Of a stretch of DNA of 64,000 nt, positions 10,496 to 18,573 are shown one piece after another. Numbering within the stretch: position 1 is the first letter of the stretch; every line of letters starts with the position of its first letter. This DNA comes from a virus. The stretch spans positions 48,820-112,819 of the IMG/VR virus record IMGVR_UViG_3300032286_000719. One strand, given 5' to 3'. The notes beneath the pieces were generated by a model. The model was given only the letters and a program-made list of their open reading frames with translations, searched no databases and was not told the origin of the DNA. The position numbers and the translations under genes are program-made.

Positions 10496-11371
10496 ATGAG
10501 TATAGCACCAAGACAAATAGGACAGAGTACAAGAAGTAATCTTCTTTGGCAAATATCTAAACAACTTGAAAGATTGATATGTGTTAGAGCTGGTGGATGT
10601 AATACTACAACTACATCAACAACAACCATAACACCTACCACCACCACTACTACCACTCCTGCTCCAACATCAGAATGGTATGAAGTAACTGAGTGTTATA
10701 CTACAAATGTTATTTATAGTGTTGAGTATCCTGTAGGAACATTTCAATTAAATGATGGTGTTACTTATTATCTTGGTGGTGATTGGACAATAACAAATAT
10801 ATTTTATACAGATCCAGGAGGTGCACAATTTGGTTTAAGTAACATATTTCAGATAGGATGTCCAACTACAACCACAACAACAACAACAATTACACCATGT
10901 ATTGAAGTGTCATTTTTAGCTATTACTGATTGTCCTGATTTAGGATATGCTACAGTGGAATACACAGATTGTAATGGAATATATCAAACAGGTAATGTTG
11001 TTGCTGGAAGTGGAAATTCTTTAAAAGTTTGTACATTAACTGCAGGTATAACTCCTGCATTTACATGTGGAGATGGAGAGATTACCTATGGATCAGCTTG
11101 TACTACTACAACTACTACTACAGCTGCACCTGTAGTTAATAGCACAAATAAATTTGTTAATTGTGCAGGACCATGTTTTGAATCTGAATGTGTACCACTT
11201 AATTATTTTAATGTATGGATGACACAAGCATGTATAAATTCATGGCCAACTATTGGTTGTGAAGTATGGTTGGATTCTGAAGGAACAATACCATTTCCTA
11301 GTGGAGCTTATAATAATGGTGAGGGTGGTTGTGTATATATAGAAAATGGCACAATAACTGATATTCCTTAA
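10496..11371 (+). CDS. shared-leader paralog 3 with three Thr tracts and Cys-rich domains
   Basis: Start reassigned to ATG 10496 (MSIAPRQIGQSTRSNLLWQISKQLERL) by homology to the paralogs; C-domain homologous to that of 9496..10482. Confidence 0.7.
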   Translation: MSIAPRQIGQSTRSNLLWQISKQLERLICVRAGGCNTTTTSTTTITPTTTTTTTPAPTSEWYEVTECYTTNVIYSVEYPVGTFQLNDGVTYYLGGDWTITNIFYTDPGGAQFGLSNIFQIGCPTTTTTTTTITPCIEVSFLAITDCPDLGYATVEYTDCNGIYQTGNVVAGSGNSLKVCTLTAGITPAFTCGDGEITYGSACTTTTTTTAAPVVNSTNKFVNCAGPCFESECVPLNYFNVWMTQACINSWPTIGCEVWLDSEGTIPFPSGAYNNGEGGCVYIENGTITDIP

Positions 11372-11404
11372 TATAAAAAAATAAAAATTAAAACCAACTA
11401 CATT

Positions 11405-12421
11405 ATGAAAGAATTAAAATTTATCCAAGCTTGTCCTAGTGACATTTATTACACATGGCAAGTGAATCTATGGATGGAGAGTCTTAAAGAAATAGGACAC
11501 TCTGACAAAGCAATCAATCTAATCTTTACACCTAAAGGAAGAGAGAATAGAGATAAGTGGAAACAGATAGAAGATCTATATCCAGAAGCAGAGTTTCATT
11601 ATTACGAAGATGAGGATAATCTGAATCGATTGATTGGAATATATATTCCTGTATTAAGACCATACGTTCTTTGGAAACATTTTAAGAAACATCCAGAACT
11701 AAGTGATTGTGCTATATTCTATTGTGATTCAGATATTCTTTTTATGAAAGATTTTAATGTGGATCAGTTTTTGGAAGATGATGTTAACTACTTATCAGAT
11801 ACAAACAGTTATATTAACGCTAAGTATTTTGATAGCAAGGTGCATCAAGTGTTACCAGAGAAACTGGAAGAATATAAAGGAAGAGATGTTCTTGCTGAGA
11901 TAGCAAGTGTTGTTGGAATAAGCAGAGAAATAGCTGAAGCTAATAATGATCATTCAGGAGGAGCTCAATATCTATTAAAGAATGTAGATGCTGACTTCTG
12001 GAGTAAGGTGATGAATGATTGTATTCTTATAAGAACCTATTTACAACAAGTGAATAGAGAATTCTTTAAAGATGAGAACAGTGGATTCCAAAGTTGGTGT
12101 GCAGACATGTGGGCTGTTCTTTGGAACATATGGGTTAGAGAAAAAGAAACAAGAGTGGTGCCTGAACTAGCATTTGCTTGGGCAACAGATCCTATCACAA
12201 AACTTGATACCCACACCATCTTTCATAATGCAGGCATAGTGTCTGAGACAGGAAATGGTTATCCAGCTTTCTATAAAGGTAAATATCACATGGGAACAGA
12301 TCCAACAAAAGATCCTAACCTAGATATGATTCTTGAGAACGAACAATCAAAAAAATATTGCACGTGGTTTTATGCCACTAAACTAAACGAAATCAAAAAC
12401 AAATATAACCTAGACTATTAA
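11405..12421 (+). CDS. GT-A fold glycosyltransferase resembling peptide O-glycosyltransferases (HPAT/SERGT1; GT95/GT96-like)
   Basis: 'YYTWQ', 'LRPY', DxD in 'YCDSDILF', 'GGAQY', 'WCADMWA', 'IFHNAG' occur in the same order as the motifs I recall for plant HPAT/SERGT1 (YFDWQ, NKP, DxD, WxxEMY, H). Confidence 0.6.
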   Translation: MKELKFIQACPSDIYYTWQVNLWMESLKEIGHSDKAINLIFTPKGRENRDKWKQIEDLYPEAEFHYYEDEDNLNRLIGIYIPVLRPYVLWKHFKKHPELSDCAIFYCDSDILFMKDFNVDQFLEDDVNYLSDTNSYINAKYFDSKVHQVLPEKLEEYKGRDVLAEIASVVGISREIAEANNDHSGGAQYLLKNVDADFWSKVMNDCILIRTYLQQVNREFFKDENSGFQSWCADMWAVLWNIWVREKETRVVPELAFAWATDPITKLDTHTIFHNAGIVSETGNGYPAFYKGKYHMGTDPTKDPNLDMILENEQSKKYCTWFYATKLNEIKNKYNLDY

Positions 12422-12437
12422 CCCTAAATTTTAAACA

Positions 12438-12671
12438 ATGGGAAGCATTAATTCAAGACCTTTAAAGGCTTTTGTTAGATTCGATGGATCTGGCAGAATA
12501 GTTGCAGGAAGCTTAATCCTTAGAAAAAATAAGCCCAAGGTGGGTAAGTGGAAAGAAATACAAGCATATGAGTGCTGTTTTCTTACTACCACTACAACCA
12601 CTACAGTAGCTCCTACTACTACTAGCACAACAACTGCAAGAGCTACAACAACAACTACAACAACAAGATAA
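12438..12671 (+). CDS. small protein with mucin-like Thr tail, paralog A
   Basis: 'LKAFVRFDGSGRI...ECC' followed by a tail that is almost all Thr. Confidence 0.75.
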   Translation: MGSINSRPLKAFVRFDGSGRIVAGSLILRKNKPKVGKWKEIQAYECCFLTTTTTTTVAPTTTSTTTARATTTTTTTR

Positions 12672-12673
12672 TC

Positions 12674-12916
12674 ATGGCTAGAAATAACAATAACAAGCTT
12701 AAAGCTTTTGTACGTTTTGATGGATCAGGACGTATTATACCAAGTAGTTTAATTGTACAAGCATTTAAACCTGCTGTAGGTAACTATGTAGAGATAGATG
12801 CTAAAGAGTGTTGCAACTATACAACCACTACAACATCAACAACTGCTGCCCCTACTACAACTACTACAACTACTGTAGCACCAACCACCACTAGTACGAC
12901 AACACCAGCTCCTTAA
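12674..12916 (+). CDS. small protein with mucin-like Thr tail, paralog B
   Basis: Same 'LKAFVRFDGSGRI...ECC' head plus a T/A/P tail. Confidence 0.75.
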   Translation: MARNNNNKLKAFVRFDGSGRIIPSSLIVQAFKPAVGNYVEIDAKECCNYTTTTTSTTAAPTTTTTTTVAPTTTSTTTPAP

Positions 12917-12918
12917 TT

Positions 12919-13335
12919 ATGGCAATGAAATCTATATTTCCAGATGACATGATGAAATCATCAGCATCTGAAGGCTTAACGTTAGAAAGCATAGCTGCAA
13001 AGCTTACTTACTTCCATGAGCAATTACATTTGACTCATTGGCAAACAACTAGTTATGCAGAGCATCAAGCCACAGGAGCATTGTATGATTATGTACATGA
13101 TTTCAAAGATGGATTGGTTGAAAAGATTATGGGATATACAGGTAAAAGACCTGCTCCATATAAAATAGAACCTCTTACAAACTGTACAGCTGGTGAGTGC
13201 GTTAATAATCTTTTATCTTTTGCATCAGCTTTAAAGATGTATGGTGAGAAGAATGGTTATCATGATGTATGTAATCTAGCAGATTCATTATCAGGAGAAG
13301 CAGCTAAAACTAAATACCTGTTAACATTGTCATAA
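12919..13335 (+). CDS. ferritin/Dps-like protein (DUF5856-like)
   Basis: 'QLHLTHWQT..YAEHQA.G.LYD...D...E' four-helix ferroxidase pattern; C-terminal 'KYLLTL'. Confidence 0.75.
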   Translation: MAMKSIFPDDMMKSSASEGLTLESIAAKLTYFHEQLHLTHWQTTSYAEHQATGALYDYVHDFKDGLVEKIMGYTGKRPAPYKIEPLTNCTAGECVNNLLSFASALKMYGEKNGYHDVCNLADSLSGEAAKTKYLLTLS

Positions 13336-13622
13336 TGGATATAAACAGAAAACATTTTCCTAAGGTGATGCAAGATAACGATGAAGTCTTTCTTGCACAC
13401 TTAGAAGGTGTTATCTCTTCTGTTGATGAACTATGTAGTCTTGAGATCACAAAGAATCCTGATAACTATAGATTCAGAATAGCAGCAAGTCATCCAATGT
13501 ACAACAATATGCTTATAGAAGAAATTCTTAAGTTCTGTAACATGTTCAAGATAAGAGTGGACATGAGCAAATCAATTAAAACAACAAGCGTTATTACGTT
13601 TGAAATAAACTTAAAAGAATAA
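13335..13622 (+). CDS. hypothetical protein
   Basis: Coupled ORF in the operon. Confidence 0.5.
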   Translation: MDINRKHFPKVMQDNDEVFLAHLEGVISSVDELCSLEITKNPDNYRFRIAASHPMYNNMLIEEILKFCNMFKIRVDMSKSIKTTSVITFEINLKE

Positions 13623-13624
13623 TT

Positions 13625-14197
13625 ATGCCTACATTTATTAAACCTACCCTTTGGGAAAAAAGAACTAATCCTGCACAAGGATATAAAGGAGAATTAAACC
13701 TTGATCAATTTGTAGAAAATAAAATACCTGCTCCTACGAGTCTGTATTCTGCTACTTTTTTTGATACCACATTACAAACTAATGGTGGAGCAACAACAGC
13801 TAATCAAGTTTTAATTAATTCAACACAATCTGCTAATGGATTTACATTAGGACCTAATAATAGAGTAAATGTTACTAATGCAGGAATTTATTATATAGAT
13901 CTTAGTCTTCAACTTGCATTTACAGGAGGTGCATCAAATTTTAATGTGACAGTATGGTATACAATAAATGATGCAATTGTACCTAACTCTGCTTTTACAT
14001 TTACAACATCATCTCAACAAAATGATCAAACTTTAGCAAGGATAGCAGATACAATAGCATTAACAGCTGGACAATATCTTAAGTTCTATTGGTGGGCTCC
14101 AGCAACTGGTATGCGTTTGTTACCAACTGCTGCAGGAACTAATCCAACAAGACCATTATCACCATCAGTAAACTTTTCTATATTTAATGTTGGATAA
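13625..14197 (+). CDS. C1q/TNF-like trimeric beta-domain virion protein
   Basis: 'VTNAGIYYIDLSLQL', 'VWYTIN...VPNS', 'LTAGQYL' jelly-roll pattern. Confidence 0.55.
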   Translation: MPTFIKPTLWEKRTNPAQGYKGELNLDQFVENKIPAPTSLYSATFFDTTLQTNGGATTANQVLINSTQSANGFTLGPNNRVNVTNAGIYYIDLSLQLAFTGGASNFNVTVWYTINDAIVPNSAFTFTTSSQQNDQTLARIADTIALTAGQYLKFYWWAPATGMRLLPTAAGTNPTRPLSPSVNFSIFNVG

Positions 14198-14246
14198 TTA
14201 AAAAACATTATATACTTTTACTGTTAATTTTAAAACCAATTAAACT

Positions 14247-14501
14247 ATGGCACAGTATGATCCTGCAAAAAGGTACACATGGACTCCTGAAGACAAATTC
14301 ACGTTAACAGGACAACAGTTTGGATTAATCCTAAACACAGTTAGATCTTATTTATCATCAGAAGAAGCAGCACGTTTCCAATTGATGGTTCAAACTAATC
14401 AAGTGATTGAAGAGTTAATGATCCAAGGTGTGGAAGCTGACATCATTAAAGAAGTGATAGAAGAAGCTCCTATAGAAGAAGTTTCTTCTAAAGATCTTTA
14501 A
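14247..14501 (+). CDS. hypothetical protein
   Basis: A-rich leader, ATG start, plausible composition. Confidence 0.5.
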   Translation: MAQYDPAKRYTWTPEDKFTLTGQQFGLILNTVRSYLSSEEAARFQLMVQTNQVIEELMIQGVEADIIKEVIEEAPIEEVSSKDL

Positions 14502-14558
14502 AACAACGTAGCTGCTGGGTGAAGAATAGCAGCTGTTTTCAAACAAAAGCACTTCTCT

Positions 14559-14759
14559 ATGAGAATATACGAACCAAAGAATAGAATAGATGTTATAACG
14601 CCTAAGGGAGAAGGTATTATCTGGCTTGTTACAGAATTTGGAACAGAGACAGACACCATCTATACAATTATAATAAACACTACAGGTGAGCTGTGGCAAT
14701 ACACTCACAAAGATATAATCGTTAAACCCAATATAACATTTAAACGCTATGGCAAATAA
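14559..14759 (+). CDS. hypothetical protein
   Basis: 'TPKGEG..W.V..FG.E', 'TGELW' small beta protein. Confidence 0.5.
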   Translation: MRIYEPKNRIDVITPKGEGIIWLVTEFGTETDTIYTIIINTTGELWQYTHKDIIVKPNITFKRYGK

Positions 14760-14931
14760 AACAAAAGGTGGAAGTCTATCTGGACTTAAAGCATCTAACA
14801 AAAGAGTTGGTCCTGTAGATCCTAAAGGAGCATTCACAAATGTGCAAAAGAATACATTAGCTGGTGCTACAAGTAAAGCTAAACTTGTTAAAAATAAACA
14901 ACTTGGTGCTACCAAGATGAAGAAGAAATAA
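14749..14931 (+). CDS. small basic protein
   Basis: Lys-rich, coupled to neighbours. Confidence 0.6.
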   Translation: MANKTKGGSLSGLKASNKRVGPVDPKGAFTNVQKNTLAGATSKAKLVKNKQLGATKMKKK

Positions 14932-14934
14932 GTC

Positions 14935-15345
14935 ATGAAAGCTATTAAGAAAGCAGTTAATGGTACTACTACCAAAAAAACTACTCTTGATCCTAAGAGT
15001 AGAGAGCTTATTGTTAAACAATTTAAAGAGAATCAAATAAAAAAAGATTCTACTTATGAGGCTAATACAAAAAGTAATTTAGAAAAAAGTATAAAAGATC
15101 TTGCATTAAAAGCTCAACAGAAGCAATTAGAAGAAAATAGAAAAGCTAAATTACCTAGACAGAAAAATGGTGGTTCTGTAGCAAAAGCTAAAGATGGTAA
15201 GTGGATGCAGAAAGCTGCAGCTTCTATTAAACGTAGAGGAACTGCTGGTAAATGTACACCAATCACTAAACCTGGTTGTACAGGCAAAGCTAAAGCTCTT
15301 GCAAAAACATTCAAAAAAATTGCTAAATCTAATAAGAAGAAATAA
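14935..15345 (+). CDS. Lys-rich basic protein with KKAxxG/KNG motifs
   Basis: Composition; C-terminal 'KWMQKA...ALAKTFKKIAK' module. Confidence 0.65.
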   Translation: MKAIKKAVNGTTTKKTTLDPKSRELIVKQFKENQIKKDSTYEANTKSNLEKSIKDLALKAQQKQLEENRKAKLPRQKNGGSVAKAKDGKWMQKAAASIKRRGTAGKCTPITKPGCTGKAKALAKTFKKIAKSNKKK

Positions 15346-16163
15346 TGGCTAAGATAACAAAAGTACCTAATGGTCCTCTTATTAAGAAGAAAGGCCCATT
15401 TAAAGGAAGTACATTAAAGACTGGTGGTAGGATAAAGAAAGCTATAAATGGTACAACCACTACGCAAACTACTACTCGACCAATGACTAGAAGAGATAGT
15501 CTAGTAGCAAACATAAAAGAACAAAATAGACTAAGACAAAATCTTACAGATTTTAGAAACAAAGTTGGTAGTAGAAAACTAACACCTGATGAAGTTATAG
15601 AAAAAAATAAGCTTAACACTTTATTATCAGACTTTGGTACAAAACAAAGAGTAAAATCTACAGGACTAACAGAGCAGCAACTTGCTAAAAATGATTCTAT
15701 ATATACAGAACAGCAACGTAAGAAAAAAAGTGAAGAAGATGACAGTGGTCAACTAAGAGGTATGGGTAATGATAAACCAGGATGCTCTGGATCACAAGGG
15801 GCAAGTGAGAGAAGAGTTAAAAGAGAAGCCAGAAGAAAAAATGGTGGTCCTGTAAAGAAAGCTCTATTAGGTGCAATCATGGGAATGGCTGGAGGAAAAA
15901 ATAATCCTATATATAAAAAGACTACTGCACTTCGTGGTAAATTAGGTAGTGCTGCTCTTGGAATTCCTGGTTTAAAACCAATTGTAAAAAATGGTTCTAA
16001 AATAAAAAAAGCTAAAGCTGGTGCAATGATCAAACGTGCTGATGGTTCTATGTCTAAGAGAGGACTTTGGGATAACATCAGAGCTAATAAAGGATCTGGT
16101 AAGAAGCCTACAAAACAAATGTTAGTGCAAGAGAAGAAAATCAAAGCTAAAACTAAGAAATAA
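15345..16163 (+). CDS. Lys-rich basic modular protein
   Basis: Three K(T/N)GxxxKKAxxG junctions; 'GLWDNIRA' module. Confidence 0.65.
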   Translation: MAKITKVPNGPLIKKKGPFKGSTLKTGGRIKKAINGTTTTQTTTRPMTRRDSLVANIKEQNRLRQNLTDFRNKVGSRKLTPDEVIEKNKLNTLLSDFGTKQRVKSTGLTEQQLAKNDSIYTEQQRKKKSEEDDSGQLRGMGNDKPGCSGSQGASERRVKREARRKNGGPVKKALLGAIMGMAGGKNNPIYKKTTALRGKLGSAALGIPGLKPIVKNGSKIKKAKAGAMIKRADGSMSKRGLWDNIRANKGSGKKPTKQMLVQEKKIKAKTKK

Positions 16164-16441
16164 TGGCAACACCAGCATGGCAAAGAAAAGAAGGAAAGAA
16201 TCCTTCTGGTGGACTAAATGCTAAAGGCGTGGCTTCATATAGAAAAGCTAACCCTGGAAGCAAACTTAAAACAGCTGTTACAACAAAACCTTCTAAGCTT
16301 AAAGCTGGAAGTAAGGCTGCAGGAAGACGTAAGTCATTTTGTAGTAGAATGTCAGGTATGAAAAAGAAACTCACATCTGCTAAGACAGCAAATGATCCTA
16401 ACTCAAGAATCAATAAATCTCTACGTAAGTGGAATTGTTAA
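16163..16441 (+). CDS. basic phage protein, DUF6321-like
   Basis: 'AWQRKEGKNPSGGLNAKG.ASY', 'RRKSFCSRMSG', 'DPNSRINKSLRKWNC'. Confidence 0.75.
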   Translation: MATPAWQRKEGKNPSGGLNAKGVASYRKANPGSKLKTAVTTKPSKLKAGSKAAGRRKSFCSRMSGMKKKLTSAKTANDPNSRINKSLRKWNC

Positions 16442-16461
16442 ACCCTATAATAATATAAATC

Positions 16462-17166
16462 ATGGCAACAATTAAAAAGGCAAATACTGGTAAGTTAATC
16501 AAAGGTGCAATAAATGCTGTAACTTCTTCTAAAAAAGTAACTATACCTTCAGGACTGAAAAAATCAATAAAAAAATCTCAAAGTGGTCCAATAAAGATTA
16601 CTCCATATTCTTCAGAAGCTGAAAGAATAGCTGCTGGTGGTCCAACTAATTTACAAAAATATAAAACTGTAAATAGATTTGATCCAGACTATCAAAAACC
16701 ATATAAGCCAAAGAAACAACCTAAGGTTGATAAGTATGGTTTTGATACTAGACCAGATAGAAATGGTGGTGCACATAAAGCTAAAAATGGTAAATCATTT
16801 CCTGATCTTAACAAAGATGGAAAGGTTACTAGAGCAGACATCCTTAAAGGACGTGGTGTTATAGCTAAGAATGGTAAACCTATTAAGAAAGCTTTCTTAG
16901 GAGCTCTAGCACCACTAGCTATGAAAGCTCTACCTATGTTAGGTGGAATGCTTGGTGGTAAAGGAAAAGAAGGAGGTGGAGGAGGAATAGGTGGAATGCT
17001 TGGTGGATTACTAGGAGGAAAGAATGGCAAAACTGTAAAGAAATCTAAATCTGGCTCTACTATTAAAAAAACTGGTATGCATAAAATGCCTAATGGATCA
17101 ATGATGAAAAACTCAAAGATGAAAATGGGTGGATCTATGAAAAAATGCAAATATGGCTGCAAGTAA
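16462..17166 (+). CDS. Lys/Gly-rich basic modular protein with an EF-hand-like loop
   Basis: 'FPDLNKDGKVTRADIL' DxNxDG loop; repeated KNG/KKAxxG junctions; Gly-rich hydrophobic stretch. Confidence 0.65.
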   Translation: MATIKKANTGKLIKGAINAVTSSKKVTIPSGLKKSIKKSQSGPIKITPYSSEAERIAAGGPTNLQKYKTVNRFDPDYQKPYKPKKQPKVDKYGFDTRPDRNGGAHKAKNGKSFPDLNKDGKVTRADILKGRGVIAKNGKPIKKAFLGALAPLAMKALPMLGGMLGGKGKEGGGGGIGGMLGGLLGGKNGKTVKKSKSGSTIKKTGMHKMPNGSMMKNSKMKMGGSMKKCKYGCK

Positions 17167-17332
17167 ATCAATGACAGCTGGTAAAGCTAAGAAATCTGGA
17201 GCACCAAGAATGGCTCCAAAGGTGACTATTCCTAAGAAGGACAAACCCTTCTCACAAAATAAATCTATGGATGATAAGGTGAGAAGAACGTCTGCTCAGC
17301 AACCAATGAAGAAGAAAAGTTTATCAAAATAA
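17153..17332 (+). CDS. 59-aa basic protein (MAASKSMTAGKAKKSG...)
   Basis: Translated by hand; ends right before the terminator. Confidence 0.6.
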   Translation: MAASKSMTAGKAKKSGAPRMAPKVTIPKKDKPFSQNKSMDDKVRRTSAQQPMKKKSLSK

Positions 17333-17334
17333 TA

Positions 17335-17362
17335 AAGCCTCCTTGATTGGAGGCTTTTTTTT
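17335..17362. terminator. bidirectional intrinsic terminator at the convergence of + and - blocks
   Basis: AAAGCCTCC-TTGATT-GGAGGCTTT followed by a T run. Confidence 0.85.
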
Positions 17363-17912
17363 ATTTAACTATAATAAGAAGTTTGTTGTGATGTGTCTGA
17401 TAGAATTGTTTACATGGATAGTTGAGAGCTTTAATCTCTGCTATCATCTTGTGTTCATCTAACTGTGCAGCATGTAGATCTTCTATGATGTATATACCAC
17501 CTTCTTTTAGATATGGATATAACGTTTTGAAGCTTGTAATTATGTGTTCACCATAATGTGATCCATCATCAACAATGATATCAAAGTCTCCTCCATAAGT
17601 CTTAACACATTCTTCTAGATCCTTAACACTGTTCTGATCTCCAATGAACACTTGTACATTCTCTTTCTCAAACTGTTTGGCCTCTGAATTAATATCATAC
17701 CCTATAAGTTCTATATCAGGGAAATATTCATTCCACATCTCAAGAGATGCTCCAGGAAACCTAGGATCTGCTACACCTATCTCTAACATCTTAACATGTT
17801 CTTTAGATATTTCATCTAATAATTCATGATAGAGAACAGTGTAATGATGGCCATAATCCATGGTGCCTTTGTCTGTGCCTATTCTATTTGCTATTTCTGT
17901 TAATCTGTTCAT
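17361..17912 (-). CDS. class I SAM-dependent (sugar) O-methyltransferase, MycE/TylE-like
   Basis: 'GTDK', 'HHY', 'LEIGV', 'GDQ', 'FDIIVDDGSH', 'GGIYIIEDL'. Confidence 0.8.
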   Translation of the reverse strand: MNRLTEIANRIGTDKGTMDYGHHYTVLYHELLDEISKEHVKMLEIGVADPRFPGASLEMWNEYFPDIELIGYDINSEAKQFEKENVQVFIGDQNSVKDLEECVKTYGGDFDIIVDDGSHYGEHIITSFKTLYPYLKEGGIYIIEDLHAAQLDEHKMIAEIKALNYPCKQFYQTHHNKLLIIVK

Positions 17913-18573
17913 AGTAATCGTTTTTAAAATGTGGATGGAGTTCTATTTCTCCTTTTGTATTATCTAACACTTTATCTGCATGATCTAATATCACTTGATT
18001 AGAATGTTCTCCAAGTCCTGATATATGGAATGTTCCCATTCCCCAACGATATAACATTGTGTTTTTTAGTTTAGATTCATATATTTTTCCACCTTTGTGG
18101 AATGTAATATCTGCATCTTCTCCATTACTTGTATCAGGCCATTTGATTCTATCTAAATAACCTTTAGTGTAAATGTTTCCATTGTTTATATTAGAGCTCT
18201 CTCTTTCATAAATATTATTTACAAAGAAATACATTCCTTCACTTCTATAGACATCATATCCAGGATTGGTCTGTATATCTATACTTGCATTCTTTAAAGC
18301 CCATGGAGCTAAGAGATCATCATCATCTAGTCTATAGATGTAGTCATACTTACACTGTTTGTATCCCCATTCAATCTTAGCAGCTATAGAAGGAAATCTC
18401 TCTTTATGATTGATAATCCTTACTTTAGGGTGATTATACACATAATCCACCTCAGCATTGTCATTTATGACGACCATTTCACATTCTGGTGGGAGTTCTT
18501 GTGCAAGAAATGATTGAATTGCTTCTTCTAACAAGTGATGTCTTTTATAGGTAAGAGTTAAAACTGATATCAT
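17884..18573 (-). CDS. glycosyltransferase family 2
   Basis: 'ISVLTLTYKR..LLEEAIQSFLAQ', 'VVIND', 'LDDDD', 'GED'. Confidence 0.85.
   Translation of the reverse strand: MISVLTLTYKRHHLLEEAIQSFLAQELPPECEMVVINDNAEVDYVYNHPKVRIINHKERFPSIAAKIEWGYKQCKYDYIYRLDDDDLLAPWALKNASIDIQTNPGYDVYRSEGMYFFVNNIYERESSNINNGNIYTKGYLDRIKWPDTSNGEDADITFHKGGKIYESKLKNTMLYRWGMGTFHISGLGEHSNQVILDHADKVLDNTKGEIELHPHFKNDYYEQINRNSK

Noticed and set aside
9640-11371. Diversity-generating retroelement targeting the FISUMP domain or the duplicated C-domains
   Set aside because: No reverse transcriptase in the window, and the two copies differ at all base types rather than only at adenines
9474-12628. Minus-strand poly-Val ORFs (9474..9689, 10411..10656, 12431..12628)
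   Set aside because: They are antisense shadows of the Thr tracts
8452-12916. RiPP/glycocin cluster (shared leader, AGG|C, Cys/Thr-rich cores, GT)
   Set aside because: The leader-bearing proteins are ~300 aa with folded domains; no C39 transporter, LanM, YcaO or radical SAM enzyme; the context is virion structural
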